From the NCBI GenBank assembly GCA_038523235.1, contig JBCBJQ010000052.1, positions 1-40,248 on the forward strand: a DNA stretch of 40,248 nucleotides, read 5' to 3'. Shown here one piece after another: positions 38,646-40,248 of this stretch. The translations under genes were made by a program, and so were the position numbers. How positions within the stretch are numbered: the first letter of the stretch is position 1; every line of letters begins with the position of its first letter. This DNA is from Cyanobacteria bacterium J06626_4 (GTDB lineage: Bacteria; Cyanobacteriota; Cyanobacteriia; Phormidesmidales; Phormidesmidaceae). Under the pieces are notes generated by a model, which had not been told where the DNA came from, did not search any database, and saw only the letters and a list, made by a program, of their open reading frames with translations.

Positions 38646-39797
38646 TTAAGCGGACAATACCTGCTGAGCAGCGACGAGGCCAGCTCCTGACGAGAAACCA
38701 TTGGCTCCCAGCTTGGCGAGCGTCGCTTCTAGCGCCGCGATCGCCGTCAAAATGTCGCGATCGCCGACAAAACCCAGGTGCCCCATCCGAAAGATTTGGC
38801 CCTTCAAGTGGTCTTGGCCGCCCGCTAGCGCAATATCAAAGTCCTTGCGCATGGTGGAACGAATTTTTTCGGCCTCCACCGTTTGGGGCATGACCGCCGT
38901 CACCGCCGGGCTCGCCACCTCATCGGCAGCAAACAGCGGCAGGTTAAGCGCCTTCATTGCCGCCCGAGTCGCCTGTTGAAGTCTGGCATGACGGGCAAAG
39001 ATGTTGTCCAAACCCTCTTCTTGCATCATCTTCAACGCGGCTTGAATGGCGAAGAATAGACTCACCGGCGGCGTAAACGGCGTCGTGTTTTTCGCCCCAC
39101 TTTTACGATAGGGGCCGAGATCCAGATAAAACTTGGGGATGTTTGAGGTTTCGTAGGCTTTCCAGGCGCGATCGCCCATCGTGACAAACCCTAAGCCGGG
39201 GGGCACCATGTAGCCCTTTTGCGAACCCGAGGCGACGACATCCAGCCCCCACTCATCGATGGGTACGCTGCAGGCTCCTAAGCTCGTGACCGCATCCACC
39301 AAGATCAGCGCTTCACCGTGGGCGTGGACGTAGCCCGCAATCGTTTGCAGGTCGTTTAATACCCCGGTCGAAGTCTCGCTGTGCGTGATAATCACAGCCT
39401 TAATATTTTTCTCGGTGTCAGCTTCTAGCGCCGCTTTAAAGTCATCGGGGTTCAGCGCCTTACCCCATTCCGCTGAAATTACCTCAGTCTTGAGGCCAAA
39501 GGCTTCGCAGACATCTACCCAGCGCTGGCCAAATTTACCATTACTGCCAACGAGCACGCGATCGCCCACGCTTAAAACGTTGATAATGCCCGCTTCCATC
39601 GCGCCGGTGCCGCTGGCGGTCAACATCAACACGTCATTTTGGGTTTGATGAAGCCACTTGAGCCCATCAGACACCTCACCCATAATCTGGCTGAATTCAC
39701 CGCTGCGGTGACCAATCAGGTGCTGGGCTTGGGCGAGTAAAACGCTCTCTGGCACCGGAGTCGGCCCCGGAATCATCAGCATAAATTTGTCGTCCAT
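38646..39797 (-). CDS. Class V PLP aminotransferase (alanine/serine-glyoxylate type, cyanobacterial 'DhsS' family)
   Basis: LMIPGPTPVP, GTGAMEA, HSETSTG, VDAVTS, SGSQKG (PLP Lys), TPFTP and FRMGHLG. Start 39797 or 39803. Confidence 0.95.
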   Translation of the reverse strand: MDDKFMLMIPGPTPVPESVLLAQAQHLIGHRSGEFSQIMGEVSDGLKWLHQTQNDVLMLTASGTGAMEAGIINVLSVGDRVLVGSNGKFGQRWVDVCEAFGLKTEVISAEWGKALNPDDFKAALEADTEKNIKAVIITHSETSTGVLNDLQTIAGYVHAHGEALILVDAVTSLGACSVPIDEWGLDVVASGSQKGYMVPPGLGFVTMGDRAWKAYETSNIPKFYLDLGPYRKSGAKNTTPFTPPVSLFFAIQAALKMMQEEGLDNIFARHARLQQATRAAMKALNLPLFAADEVASPAVTAVMPQTVEAEKIRSTMRKDFDIALAGGQDHLKGQIFRMGHLGFVGDRDILTAIAALEATLAKLGANGFSSGAGLVAAQQVLSA

Positions 39798-40248
39798 GGG
39801 CATGCCTATCGAATCATGTTCACTAAGTACGGGCGTAATTTAGCATCGCACAAGATAGAGAGACTGCCTGAAACCTTTGGACTCTTGTTAGTAATCGATC
39901 ATATCGGCAGCTTGCGGTCATTCATCCGCTGCGATGTTTGGCGATTGGGGGACAAAGGTGGGGAGTAGAGATGTAGAGAGTAGAGGGCAGAAACATGTGC
40001 CGTGTCTTAGCGAACTGAAATGAGAGCATCCCTAGAAAGCTGCCTAAAAGTTCGCGTCCAGATCACAGCGATTTGGTATTGCCGACCATCAACAGGCAGC
40101 TTTTCTAAGTAGGTAGGCACAAGCATTCTGCAGACGGGTTTTCTCCTGGCAGAGACGCTAGCGCGAACGACTCCGCTCAACCCTCAACGTTTGACTTGGC
40201 AAGCAATATAGCTGATTGAGCGGAGAGATCGGAAGCGTCGTGTAGGGA

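Larger units (their letters stand above)
1170..39566. repeat. HIP1 octamer GCGATCGC, dispersed over the window
   Basis: Copies at e.g. 1170, 1746, 2511, 5212, 6214 and many more, including inside the 31-37 kb cluster. HIP1 over-representation is a known cyanobacterial hallmark. Not counted exactly. Confidence 0.95.

Overview
Core-genome window of a cyanobacterium. The HIP1 octamer GCGATCGC recurs throughout, and ycf54, txlA, rbp-rpsU, a pentapeptide-repeat gene and a ComFB gene are present; the moderately GC-rich style suggests a Leptolyngbya-like filamentous strain (inference). Most of it is housekeeping: mazG, PBP1A, tyrS-pyrF, rbp-rpsU, murG, ycf54-pdxJ, lipA, gloB, txlA, gmk, RNase III, era, an HtrA protease, PspA and a class V aminotransferase. 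A 6S RNA gene that the ORF track misses lies at about 30776-30960. The least explained part follows it (31277-37530): a co-oriented six-gene unit of an APH/choline-kinase-like phosphotransferase, a YnjBCD-type ABC importer with a Tat-exported binding protein, and a radical SAM enzyme with a Cys-rich SPASM/twitch-like tail, preceded by a possibly structured leader. I saw no transposase, integrase, tRNA, rRNA or CRISPR array. All family calls come from motif recognition by eye; no searches were run.
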